From positions 1-60,847 of the forward strand of contig VGXI01000002.1 of the NCBI GenBank assembly GCA_016873475.1: 60,847 bases of DNA. The letters are read 5' to 3'. The position numbers were made by a program, and so were the translations under genes. Under the pieces are notes generated by a model. It was given only the letters and a program-made list of their open reading frames with translations, did not search any database and was not told the DNA's origin. Below, one piece after another: positions 43,796 through 55,072 of this stretch. Source of the stretch: a bacterium (GTDB lineage: Bacteria; Krumholzibacteriota; Krumholzibacteriia; JACNKJ01). The first letter of the stretch is position 1. Each line of letters opens with the position of its first letter.

Positions 43796-45442
43796 ATGAG
43801 ACCGCGACTTGCCGCCTGCCTCGGCCTGTTCACCGTGCTGGTCCCCACTGCGCTGCCCGCGGGCGAACTGCACCCGGGCCTGCGCGAACGCCTGGCCCAG
43901 GCGCCGGCCGGCGCGACCCTGCCCGTGATCCTGCACCTGGAGGCACAGCTCGACCTGCGGCCCTACACGGGGCGCGACGCGGCCGGCCAGCTCATTCGCG
44001 ATCTGCAGGCGCTGGCCGCCCAGAGCCAGGCGCCCCTGCTCGCCGCCCTCGCCGATCGCGGCCTGGCGGTCGGGGCGAGACCCTTCTGGATCGACAACTG
44101 TATCGCCCTGCGGGCCACGCCGGCACAAATCGAGGCTCTGCGTGCGCTTCCCGGCCTGGCACGGCTCGACTACGACGAGCCGGTAGTGGGCGAGTTCGCC
44201 CTGCCCGCTGAGGGCGGGCGCACGCCGGTCTGGAGCCAGGTGATCATCCGGGCGCCGGAGGTCTGGAGCGCCCACGGCCTGGACGGCAGCGGCATCGTGC
44301 TGGGCTCCATGGACACGGGCGTGGACATTGGCCATCCGGCCCTGGCCGGCAAGTGGCGCGGCGGCGACAACTCCTGGCTCGATCTCGTGAACGGCCAGCC
44401 GTCCCCCTACGACGACCACGGCCACGGCACCCACACGATCGGCACGATGGTCGGCGGCGACGGCCTCGGCCCCTTCACCACCGACATCGGCACGGCGCCC
44501 GGCGCGCAGTTCATCGCGGTCAAGGTGCTGGACGAGGACAACAGCTTCGGCAGCACGAGCATCGTGATCGCGGGCGCGCAGTGGATCCTCGATCCCGACG
44601 GCGATCCGGACAGCGATGACTTCCCCCAGATCGTGAACAACAGCTGGTACTTCTTCAGCCAGACTTACGACGGCTACCACGCGACGGTGGCCGTCTGGCG
44701 GGCCGCCGGCATCCTGCCCGTCTTCTGCCTGGGCAACAGCGGGCCCAATGCGGCCACCACGCATCCGCCCGGCAACTACGACAACACCCTCGGCGTGGGC
44801 GCCACGACGAGCAGCGATCTCATCTGGACCTTCAGCTCGCGGGGACCCGCCCCGGCGGGCTGGGCCTTTCCGGCTGACGGCCGCAAGCCGGACCTCTCGG
44901 CGCCCGGCGCCTCCGTGCTGTCCTCGCTGCCCGGCGGCGGCTACACCGCCTGGAGCGGCACGTCGATGGCGGCGCCCCACGTGAGCGCAACGGCGGCGCT
45001 GATGCTGCAGGGGAACGCCGACCTGGGTCCTGCCCAGCTCATCGGCGCCTTGAATGGCAGCGCCGCCGATCTCGGCGCCGCCGGCTACGACCACAGCTTC
45101 GGCTACGGCCGCCTGGACGCCTATGCCGCGGTGACGGCGGCCATCTCGCCCTCGGCGGCGGATCCGGTCTCCACCGCCGCGCCGGCCTTGAGCGCCCATC
45201 CCAATCCCTTCGGCGAGCGTGTGCGTCTCGACTTCGCCTTGCCGCAGGGGCAGGCGGCGCGGGTGGGCATCTACGATCTCCAAGGCCGCCTCCAGCGGAG
45301 CCTCGTGGCCGAGGCCGCGGCCGGCAACCTCCTCTGGGACGGGCGCGACAGCGCGGGCCGTGCGCTGCCCGCGGGCCTTTACCTTGCGCGGCTCGACGGC
45401 GGCAAGACAGGCGCTGTCTGTCGCCTGCTTCGCCTGCGCTGA
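43796..45442 (+). CDS. Secreted subtilisin-family (S8) serine protease with FlgD-Ig/T9SS-like C-terminal domain
   Basis: MRPRLAACLGLFTVLVP signal peptide from ATG 43796 inside ORF 43547..45442. Catalytic triad contexts GSMDTGVD, HGHGTHTIGT, SGTSMAAPHVSA. C-terminus PNPFGERVRLDF...IYDLQGR...WDGRD...LPAGLYLARL. Confidence 0.92.
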   Translation: MRPRLAACLGLFTVLVPTALPAGELHPGLRERLAQAPAGATLPVILHLEAQLDLRPYTGRDAAGQLIRDLQALAAQSQAPLLAALADRGLAVGARPFWIDNCIALRATPAQIEALRALPGLARLDYDEPVVGEFALPAEGGRTPVWSQVIIRAPEVWSAHGLDGSGIVLGSMDTGVDIGHPALAGKWRGGDNSWLDLVNGQPSPYDDHGHGTHTIGTMVGGDGLGPFTTDIGTAPGAQFIAVKVLDEDNSFGSTSIVIAGAQWILDPDGDPDSDDFPQIVNNSWYFFSQTYDGYHATVAVWRAAGILPVFCLGNSGPNAATTHPPGNYDNTLGVGATTSSDLIWTFSSRGPAPAGWAFPADGRKPDLSAPGASVLSSLPGGGYTAWSGTSMAAPHVSATAALMLQGNADLGPAQLIGALNGSAADLGAAGYDHSFGYGRLDAYAAVTAAISPSAADPVSTAAPALSAHPNPFGERVRLDFALPQGQAARVGIYDLQGRLQRSLVAEAAAGNLLWDGRDSAGRALPAGLYLARLDGGKTGAVCRLLRLR

Positions 45443-45469
45443 GACCGGCGCGCACGGGACGCCGGGCGC

Positions 45470-45498
45470 TTGCGTCAAGGCGCGGCTTGCATTATAAC
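45470..45498 (+). promoter_or_regulatory. Candidate promoter of leuS
   Basis: TTGCGT 45470-45475, 17 nt, TATAAC 45493-45498. Confidence 0.5.
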
Positions 45499-45556
45499 GC
45501 CGCCTATTCCGGGCCCCGGCGGCCCGGCCCGCCGACCGCACCGGCAAGGACGACCG

Positions 45557-47980
<2,424 letters not shown>

Positions 47981-48088
47981 GCATTCGCCGGCGGCGGGGA
48001 CACGATCGAGGAGTGGCTGGCCGACAAGGCCGCCTCGCGCGCGCGCCGCGAGCGGTGCGGAAGCTGGTCCTCAGCCGCTAGGCGGGGA

Positions 48089-48697
48089 CTACTTCAGGCG
48101 CTCGCGGAACTTCGCGCGGAACTTCTCCAGCTTGGGCGCGATGACCAGCCGGCAGTAGCCCTGCTCGCCGTTCTCCGCGAAGTACTCCTGGTGATAGTCC
48201 TCGGCGGGATAGAACACGGTCAGCGGCTCGATCTGCGTCACCGCGGGCTGGCCCCACTCGCCCGACTCGTTCAGGGCCGCCAGTGCCGCCTCGGCCTGCC
48301 GTCGTTGTTCCTCGCTCATCGTGAGGATGATCGAGCGGTACTGCGTGCCGACGTCCTCGCCCTGCCGGTCCTTCGTCGTCGGATCGTGGATGGCGAAGAA
48401 GATCTCGAGCAAGTCCGCGTAGCTGATGACGGCCGGGTCGAAGGTGACCTGCACAACCTCGGCGTGGCCGGTCGTCCCCGTGCAGACGAGCTTGTAGTTC
48501 GGAGTAGCCACGCTACCGCCGGCGTAACCGGAGACGGCCGCCTGGACGCCTTGCACCTGCTCGAAAACGGCTTCCAGGCACCAGAAGCAGCCGCCGCCGA
48601 GGACGGCGGTCTCGGTCTTAGCGTTCATTGTATCGGCTCCTGTGCGGGGCGCCAGCGCCGTGAGGACGGCGAGGGCGAGAGTGAGGGGGCGGATCAT
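48089..48697 (-). CDS. msrA: Peptide-methionine (S)-S-oxide reductase
   Basis: ORF 48089..48697. GGGCFWCLEAVF active site, YHQEYF. An alternative internal start at ATG 48628 (AGGAG RBS) would remove the signal-peptide-like N-terminus. Confidence 0.92.
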   Translation of the reverse strand: MIRPLTLALAVLTALAPRTGADTMNAKTETAVLGGGCFWCLEAVFEQVQGVQAAVSGYAGGSVATPNYKLVCTGTTGHAEVVQVTFDPAVISYADLLEIFFAIHDPTTKDRQGEDVGTQYRSIILTMSEEQRRQAEAALAALNESGEWGQPAVTQIEPLTVFYPAEDYHQEYFAENGEQGYCRLVIAPKLEKFRAKFRERLK

Positions 48698-48797
48698 AGC
48701 TCAGCTCCGGGGTTGGGGCCGGGCCGTCCTGGGGACCGGTCCAGTACTGATAAACAGCGGGGCGCGCCGCGTCAAGGGGCATCACGCCCAGGCCCGG

Positions 48798-49358
48798 CTA
48801 GCCGCGAAAGGCCGGCCTGAACTCCTCGGCGAGCACCGCATAGAGATAGTGATCGCGCGGCGCGCCGTGGTGCAGCATGAAGCTGCGCAGGCGGCCCTCG
48901 CGGCGCATGCCGAGCTTCTCCGCCACGCGGCGACTGGCGCGATTGACCACATCGCAGGTGAGGTAGAGGCGCCGCAGACCCAGCGGCCCGAAGCCGTACT
49001 CCGCGAGCAGTCCGGCGGCGTGCGTGGCGAGCCCGTCGCCGGCGCGATCGCTGCGGATCCAGTAGCCCAGTTCGCCGCTCTGGTTGCCGGGTCGCAGCAT
49101 GAGGCCGACGCCGCCGATCAGCTCCTCGCTCTCCAGATCGAAGACGTTCAGGTGCAGGCCGCGGCCGCGGCGCGCCTCCTCGCGCGAGAACTCGAGGAAC
49201 TCCCGCGCGGCGGCGACATCGTAGCTCGGCTGCGCCCAGGGCAGGTAGGGGGCGAGCGCGTCGAGGCTGAGGCGCACGGCGCGCGCGAGCTGCGGCGCCT
49301 CGCTCATGCGCGCGCGACGCAAGCAGAGCAGCTCGTCACGCAGTTGAACGTCCTTCAT
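48798..49358 (-). CDS. GNAT-family N-acetyltransferase (RimJ/RimL-like)
   Basis: ORF 48798..49358. ELGYWIRSDRAGDGLATHAA, NRASRRVAEKLGMRREG. Confidence 0.88.
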   Translation of the reverse strand: MKDVQLRDELLCLRRARMSEAPQLARAVRLSLDALAPYLPWAQPSYDVAAAREFLEFSREEARRGRGLHLNVFDLESEELIGGVGLMLRPGNQSGELGYWIRSDRAGDGLATHAAGLLAEYGFGPLGLRRLYLTCDVVNRASRRVAEKLGMRREGRLRSFMLHHGAPRDHYLYAVLAEEFRPAFRG

Positions 49359-50548
49359 CCCACTTCCCCCTCACCCGCAGTCGGGAGCGGCGCCAGAGCC
49401 AGGCCGCAGAGCGCCCAGGTGAGCAGCGCGATCTCGGCGTCGCCGAAGTTCCACTCGAAGAGCCCGCCCAGCATGAAGCCTAGCCAGCAGGCCAGCGCGG
49501 CCAGGGTCCAGCCTGCGGCGCCCGGTGGTGCGCGCTCGGCGAGCCGGGCGAGCGTCCACCAGCGCTTCGCAAGCGCAACGGCGAGCGCGCCCAGGAAGCC
49601 CAGCGCGAGGACGAGCCCCGGCCAACCCCAGAGCACGGCGAACATCACCGGGTTGCTGTGCAGGTGCCCCTTGACCTCGACCGACTCGCCGGCGTGCCGG
49701 GCGCGGTAGATCGCCTGCAGGTCGAGATCGCCGACGCCGGTCAACGGGTACTCCGCGAGCAGGTCCCAGCCCGTGCGCCACATGATGACGCGCTGGACGT
49801 TGTTCGTATGCCGCGGATCGAATGAGGACAGCAGCCGCTCACGGAAGCCGGCGGGCGCGAAGAATCCCGCGGTGAGCAGTAGGCCCAGGAAGAACGGCGC
49901 GAAGCGGGGCCGCACGAGGACGAGGGCGAGCAGCGCGCCCGCCGCGAAGCCGAGCCAGGCGCTGCGCGTCTGCGTGAAGACGAGTGCGACCAGCGTGAGC
50001 GCGAAGGCCGGCCAGAGCCAGCGCCGCCGGCGCGGGCCGCCCGGCAGGAGCAGGAAGACGAAGAGCAGCAGCGCGGCAAGCATCATCAGGCCGCCGGCGG
50101 TCATGTAGCCCTGCGTGAGCTGGGCGCGCCCGGCCAGGCCGCGCGGCCCTTGCAGGTAGGCGATGATGCCGTAGGCTGCCACGCCCGCCGCACCCGCGCC
50201 GAGCGCCGCGAGCAGTCGCCCGCGGAGTACCGCGCGCGTGCCGGCCTCGGCGTAGAGCCAGAGCGCGGGCAGGAGCAGGAAGCGCTTGGCGTGGCGCAGG
50301 CTCTCGCCCGGGACCTGCGAGAAGGCGATGTCCAGGAGCGCCCAGCCGACGAAGGCGAGCGTGATCAGCGTTAGCCCGCGGCCCAGCTTGGCGGGCGCCC
50401 GCCCGCCTGCCCACTCCGCCAGACGCAGCAGCAGGGCGACGGCGAAGGCGAACTGCGAGATCGCGATCGAGAAGGGCATCGCGAAGGCGGCGAGCACGAG
50501 CGCCCACTCGCGCGCGGGACGCAAAGGCTCCCGCCAGCCGCCTTGCAT
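49355..50548 (-). CDS. O-antigen ligase-like (Wzy_C) polytopic membrane protein
   Basis: ORF 49355..50548. About ten hydrophobic helices. FTQTRSAWLGFAAGALL motif. ATGA overlap with the GNAT gene. Confidence 0.8.
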   Translation of the reverse strand: MQGGWREPLRPAREWALVLAAFAMPFSIAISQFAFAVALLLRLAEWAGGRAPAKLGRGLTLITLAFVGWALLDIAFSQVPGESLRHAKRFLLLPALWLYAEAGTRAVLRGRLLAALGAGAAGVAAYGIIAYLQGPRGLAGRAQLTQGYMTAGGLMMLAALLLFVFLLLPGGPRRRRWLWPAFALTLVALVFTQTRSAWLGFAAGALLALVLVRPRFAPFFLGLLLTAGFFAPAGFRERLLSSFDPRHTNNVQRVIMWRTGWDLLAEYPLTGVGDLDLQAIYRARHAGESVEVKGHLHSNPVMFAVLWGWPGLVLALGFLGALAVALAKRWWTLARLAERAPPGAAGWTLAALACWLGFMLGGLFEWNFGDAEIALLTWALCGLALAPLPTAGEGEVG

Positions 50549-51936
50549 CAGCCGCGGCTCCGCTCGCCCGTTTCCTGCGCGAGGCCGACGTGCCGCTCCA
50601 CGAGCGCGCGGCTGCCGGCGGCGCCGAGCTGCCCGATCAGGAAGCCGAACTGCTCGCGCAGGGCCGCGCGCAGCGTGGCGCGCAGCGGCGCCGGCAGACC
50701 CCAGAGCTGCGCCTTGAAGGGGCCCCAGCTCTTCTTGCGCAGCTTGTAGACGAACTGCTCGTCGCTGTCGCCCGCGGCGCGCTCGTTGCCGTGCGCGCGG
50801 AGCAGATGGGCGTCGATCTCGGCGAGCAGCGCGGGCGGAAACTCGGGGTGCGCGTAGATCAGGTTCTGGAAGCCGGTCGCCAGATGGATCTCGCTGCAGC
50901 AGCTCGCTGGGAAGCGGTGGAAGAGGCTCTCGGGCAGGGTGCTCGCGCCGTGCTGCACCGCGCCGCTCAGGCCGTAGCCGCGACGCGCACGGCCGCCGAT
51001 CGCCGCGAGGACGCCGAAGTCGAGCTTGACGGCCGCGATGCTGCCGTCGGCGAGCGGCACGCCGCCGTGACTCGTGCCTGTCTGCACGCTGATCTTGCTG
51101 AGGCCGAGCGCGCCGGGCGCGAGGCGCGCCAGCTCGCGCTGGTAGCCGGCCATGTAGGCTTCGAACGCCTCGACGGTGGAGTTGGCCGTGCCCACCTCGC
51201 CGATCTCGCCGCCCACGGAAACGCTGACGCCCGCCGGCTCCTCGCCGCGGATGAGGGTCGTCAGGCGCGCGGCGAGCTGGTAGTTGAGGCGCTGCTGGGC
51301 GTCGAGGTCGGGCTGGGCGAGGTCGACCAGGGTCGAGGTATCGACGTCGATGTTGTAGAAGCCGGCCGCGATCTCGGCGCGGATCAGGCTCTCCAGGCCG
51401 GCCAGCTCGGCCGCGGGGTCGGCGGTGTACTGTTTCGGCCGCACCTGCACGTGGTCGCCCTGGATGAAGACGGGCCCGCGGTAGCCGGTGGCCACGGCCG
51501 CGGCCAGGATCACCGCCGCGAACTCCGCCGGCGGCTGCGGCGTGTAGCCGATCTCCGTGCGCGCGATCTCGAAGATGAAGGCGCCGCAGTCGGCCGCGAG
51601 CGCGGCCTCGAAGAGCGCGCCCGCGACCTCGAAGCTGAGGCCGCGCACGTTGACGGCCGGCACGGTGAGCCGGTCCACGTCGCCGCGGCCCATCGCGGCG
51701 TAGAGGCCCTGGATCGAGGCCGGCCAGGCGCCGAGCGCGGCGGCCAGCGCGCGCAGGTCGCCGATGGCGGCCGCCTTCACGCGCGGATCCGGGTTCAGCG
51801 CGGCGTTCGTGGCAAGGCGCGCGGCGACCTGTTCGCGGCAGTAGGGCTCGCTGAGCACGACGAGCCGGTCCCGCTCATCGCAGGCGTAGCCTCGCGCGAG
51901 ATCCGCGCGCAGGGCGCCGATGCTGTCGTAGAGCAT
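50548..51936 (-). CDS. Class II ketose-bisphosphate aldolase-family protein (long form, 462 aa)
   Basis: ORF 50548..51936. PVFIQGDHVQV, VQTGTSHGG, GAVQHGASTLP. The stop overlaps the ligase start (TGATG). Confidence 0.8.
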   Translation of the reverse strand: MLYDSIGALRADLARGYACDERDRLVVLSEPYCREQVAARLATNAALNPDPRVKAAAIGDLRALAAALGAWPASIQGLYAAMGRGDVDRLTVPAVNVRGLSFEVAGALFEAALAADCGAFIFEIARTEIGYTPQPPAEFAAVILAAAVATGYRGPVFIQGDHVQVRPKQYTADPAAELAGLESLIRAEIAAGFYNIDVDTSTLVDLAQPDLDAQQRLNYQLAARLTTLIRGEEPAGVSVSVGGEIGEVGTANSTVEAFEAYMAGYQRELARLAPGALGLSKISVQTGTSHGGVPLADGSIAAVKLDFGVLAAIGGRARRGYGLSGAVQHGASTLPESLFHRFPASCCSEIHLATGFQNLIYAHPEFPPALLAEIDAHLLRAHGNERAAGDSDEQFVYKLRKKSWGPFKAQLWGLPAPLRATLRAALREQFGFLIGQLGAAGSRALVERHVGLAQETGERSRG

Positions 51937-51997
51937 GCGTCTCCTTGAACTGCGCGCGACACCCAGCCGGAGCGCCGCGCGCGTTCTGCAGTACCGC

Positions 51998-53185
51998 CTA
52001 GAGGCGCTCGACGAGAAGCGCCGCCGCCTCGCCGCCGCCGATGCAAAGACTCGCCAGCCCGCGCTTAGCCTGGCGGTCCCTCATGGCGTGGAGGAGCGTC
52101 ACCAGCACACGGGCGCCGCTTGCGCCGATGGGGTGCCCCAGCGCCACCGCGCCACCGCGCACGTTCACCTTGGCCGGATCGAGGCCGAGGAGCTGGTTGT
52201 TGGCCAGCGAGACGACCGCGAAGGCCTCGTTGATCTCGTAGAGGTCGATGTCGCTCGCCTTCAGGCCGGCCTTGGCCAGGGCCTTCTCGATGGCCTTGGC
52301 CGGCGCCGTCGTGAACCACTCGGGCGCCTGGGCGGCGCTGGCCTGGGCGACGATGCGCGCGAGCGGCTTCACGCCGAGCTTCGTCGCCACGTTCGCGGCC
52401 ATCACGACCACCGCGGCGGCGCCGTCGTTGATGCTGCTCGCGTTGGCGGCCGTCACGCTGCCGTCCTTGATGAAGGCCGGGCGCAGGGAGGGGATCTTCG
52501 CGAAGTCGACGCGGCCGGGCTCCTCGTCGGTGTCGACGAGGACGGGGTCGCCCTTCTTCTGGGGGATCGGCACCGGCGCGATCTCGGCCTTGAACTCGCC
52601 GGCCGCGATGGCGGCCTGCGCGCGCCGGTAGCTCTCGACGGCGAAGGCGTCCTGCGCCGCGCGGTCGATCTTGCACTCGCTGGCGCAGAGCTCGGCGGCA
52701 TTGCCCATGTGGTAGTCGTGGTAGGGGTCCCAGAGGCCGTCCATCACCATGCCGTCCTTGAGCGTCCAGTCGCCCATTTTCGTGCCCACGCGGTTGCTTT
52801 GAACGTAGTGCGGCGCCAGGCTCATGTTCTCCATGCCGCCGGCGACGACGATGTCGGCGTCGCCGACGGCGATCGCCTGCGCGGCGAGCATCACGCTCTT
52901 GAGCCCCGAGCCGCAGACCTTGTTGACGGTGATGCACTCCACCTGCTGCGGCAGGCCGGCGTAGAGGGCCGCTTGGCGGGCCGGCGCCTGGCCGACGCCC
53001 GCGGGCAGCACGCAGCCCATGATGCACTCGTCCACCTGGTCGCCCGAGAGCCCGGCCCGCTCGAGCGCCGCCTTGATGGCGATGGCGCCGAGCTTGGGGG
53101 CGGGCACGGTGGACAGCGCGCCCAGGAAGGAGCCGATCGGTGTGCGGGCGGCCGAAACGATGACGACGTCGCGGAGCTCTGCCAT
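51998..53185 (-). CDS. Acetyl-CoA C-acetyltransferase (thiolase II)
   Basis: ORF 51998..53185. VIVSAARTPIGSFLG, VNKVCGSGLKSV, NVRGGAVALGHPIGASG, LCIGGGEA. Confidence 0.95.
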   Translation of the reverse strand: MAELRDVVIVSAARTPIGSFLGALSTVPAPKLGAIAIKAALERAGLSGDQVDECIMGCVLPAGVGQAPARQAALYAGLPQQVECITVNKVCGSGLKSVMLAAQAIAVGDADIVVAGGMENMSLAPHYVQSNRVGTKMGDWTLKDGMVMDGLWDPYHDYHMGNAAELCASECKIDRAAQDAFAVESYRRAQAAIAAGEFKAEIAPVPIPQKKGDPVLVDTDEEPGRVDFAKIPSLRPAFIKDGSVTAANASSINDGAAAVVVMAANVATKLGVKPLARIVAQASAAQAPEWFTTAPAKAIEKALAKAGLKASDIDLYEINEAFAVVSLANNQLLGLDPAKVNVRGGAVALGHPIGASGARVLVTLLHAMRDRQAKRGLASLCIGGGEAAALLVERL

Positions 53186-53344
53186 GGTCTTCTACCTCGT
53201 GCAAAGGTGGCCGGGGGAGCGAGGGGATTTCATCGTAGTCCAAGGCCGTGGCGCGTGCAAGGGCGCTGCTGGGCTTGTCAGGCGCGCGCAGAGCGGCTAG
53301 GGTGGCGGCCTTCGAGACGGCCGGAATGCCGCGTGGGGGAGTTG

Positions 53345-54724
53345 ATGGCAGGCAGCAGCGGGCAGGTGCGGGAGGCGAGCATCATCGTGCCGGGCGCGCG
53401 CGCGGGCTCCACTGTCGAGGCCTGGCGCCTGGCCTACCCCACCGTGATCGGCATGCTCTCGGCCACCTTGATGTGGACGGTGGACACCCTGCTGCTCGGC
53501 CGGGTCGGCAAGGTGGAGCTGGCGGCGGCGGGGCTGGGCGGCGTGCTGGTGTGGACCCTCTACACCTTCTTCGTCGGTCTCGTGCAGGGCGTGGCGACCT
53601 TCGTCGCCCAGGCGAAGGGCGCCGGTCGCCACGGCGAGTGCGCGCTCTTCGCCTGGCAAGGCCTCTATCTCGCCCTGCCGGGTGCGCTGGTGCTGGCCGT
53701 CTTCTACTGGCAGGCGGGGAACCTGCTCGCACTGGCCGGTCCCGATCCCGCCGTTGCGGGCGAGGCGCTGCGCTACATGCGCGCCCGCATGACCGGCGCC
53801 TACTTCCTGCTCGCCACCTTCGTCTTCCACAGCTTCTTTCGCGGCATCGGCAGCGTGCGCACCTCGATGGCGATCTCGCTGGTGTCGAACCTGGTCAACC
53901 TGGTGCTCGACCTGCTGCTCATCTTCGGGCCCGGGCCTTGGCCGCGCTGGACCACCTTTGGCGCCGGACTGGCCACGAGCATCGCCGATCTCTCGGCGGC
54001 CCTGCTCGGCTGCGCGCTCTTTCTCAGGCCGCGCGTGGCGATACTCTACCATCCCTGGCGGGCGCGGGCCCTGCGGCTGGACGCCCTGCGCCGCCTCCTG
54101 CGCGTCGGCGCGCCGATCGGCGTGCAGACCTTCCTCGACATGGGCAGCTTCACCGTCTTCATGGCGCTGATGGGCCGGCTCGGCACGGACGAACTGGCCG
54201 CCAGCCAGATCGCGGTGCAGCTGCTCAGCTTCTCCTTCATGCCGGCCAACGGCATCGCCAAGGCCGCGACGACGATGGTGGGTCAGTACCTCGGGGCCGG
54301 CCGCGCCGCGCTTGCCGCGCGCTGCGGCTGGGTGAGCCTGCGCATGAACCTGGTCTACTCGCTGGCGGTGGCGCTGATCTTCTTCGGCGCGCGCGCGCAC
54401 CTGTTCAGCCTCTTCAACGGCGATCCGGGCGTGGTGGCGGCGGGCCTCGGCATCGTGCCGCTGCTCGCGCTCTTCCAGATCGGCGACGCGGTGCAGATGA
54501 CGATGAGCGGCGCCCTCCAGGGCGCCGGCGACACGCGAGCGCCGATGCTGATCACGGGGATCGGCTCCTACGCGATCTTCCTGCCGCTCGCGCTCGTCTT
54601 CGCCTATCGGCTGCAGTGGGGGATCTTCGGCGCCTGGCTCGGCGGGGTGATCGCCTTTGCCTGCATCGCCACGCTGCTGACGCTCCGCTTCCGCCACGGC
54701 GCCTGGCAGCGCACGCGGATCTAG
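53345..54724 (+). CDS. MATE-family efflux transporter
   Basis: MAGSSGQVREAS... from ATG 53345 inside ORF 51935..54724. 12-TM pattern. AYPTVIGMLSATLMWTVDTLLLGR. Confidence 0.92.
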   Translation: MAGSSGQVREASIIVPGARAGSTVEAWRLAYPTVIGMLSATLMWTVDTLLLGRVGKVELAAAGLGGVLVWTLYTFFVGLVQGVATFVAQAKGAGRHGECALFAWQGLYLALPGALVLAVFYWQAGNLLALAGPDPAVAGEALRYMRARMTGAYFLLATFVFHSFFRGIGSVRTSMAISLVSNLVNLVLDLLLIFGPGPWPRWTTFGAGLATSIADLSAALLGCALFLRPRVAILYHPWRARALRLDALRRLLRVGAPIGVQTFLDMGSFTVFMALMGRLGTDELAASQIAVQLLSFSFMPANGIAKAATTMVGQYLGAGRAALAARCGWVSLRMNLVYSLAVALIFFGARAHLFSLFNGDPGVVAAGLGIVPLLALFQIGDAVQMTMSGALQGAGDTRAPMLITGIGSYAIFLPLALVFAYRLQWGIFGAWLGGVIAFACIATLLTLRFRHGAWQRTRI

Positions 54725-54749
54725 ACGCGGGGGCCGCGCCGGCAATGAG

Positions 54750-54815
54750 GGGCGCTCTGATGCCTTCCCCTCGCTCACGCTTCGCAGTTCGCACGGGAAA
54801 GGCATCAGAGCGCCC
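54750..54815. repeat. Hairpin element copy 1 (17-bp perfect stem, 32-nt loop)
   Basis: gggcgctctgatgcctt 54750-54766 pairs with aaggcatcagagcgccc 54799-54815, 25 nt after the MATE stop. The loop is homologous to copy 2 in reverse orientation. Confidence 0.6.
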
Positions 54816-54879
54816 ACCACGATCGACACCGCCCCCGCGCCGAGCAGCGTGGGACGCCGGGTGCCGTGGCCAAAGCAAT

Positions 54880-54905
54880 GCCCCTGCGCCGCGGGGCGCA
54901 GGGGC
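54880..54905. repeat. Perfect 11-bp hairpin with tetraloop
   Basis: gcccctgcgcc 54880-54890, loop gcgg, ggcgcaggggc 54895-54905. Confidence 0.5.
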
Positions 54906-54991
54906 TTGTGCTGTGCGAGCCGCAGGAGCGCTGCGACCTTCGGCCTGCGATGCCGAGCCGCGCGGCTCCTGTGGGCCACGCGAGCATCAAG

Positions 54992-55055
54992 GCGGCTGCG
55001 TGACCTCTCTGCGAGCGACTTCGAAGCGGAGCGAGCGGGAAGGTCACGCAGCCGC
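54992..55055. repeat. Hairpin element copy 2 (15-bp perfect stem, 34-nt loop), inverted relative to copy 1
   Basis: gcggctgcgtgacct 54992-55006 pairs with aggtcacgcagccgc 55041-55055, 17 nt after the C25 gene stop on the minus strand. Confidence 0.6.
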
Positions 55056-55072
55056 TTCGTTGGTCGCTTGTT

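Noticed and set aside
54750-55055. Integron attC sites or MITE terminal inverted repeats as an explanation for the paired hairpins
   Set aside because: There are no GTTRRRY/RYYYAAC core sites at the hairpin bases, no integrase and no target-site duplication. The stems differ between copies while the loops are conserved, which is the opposite of a TIR-defined element.
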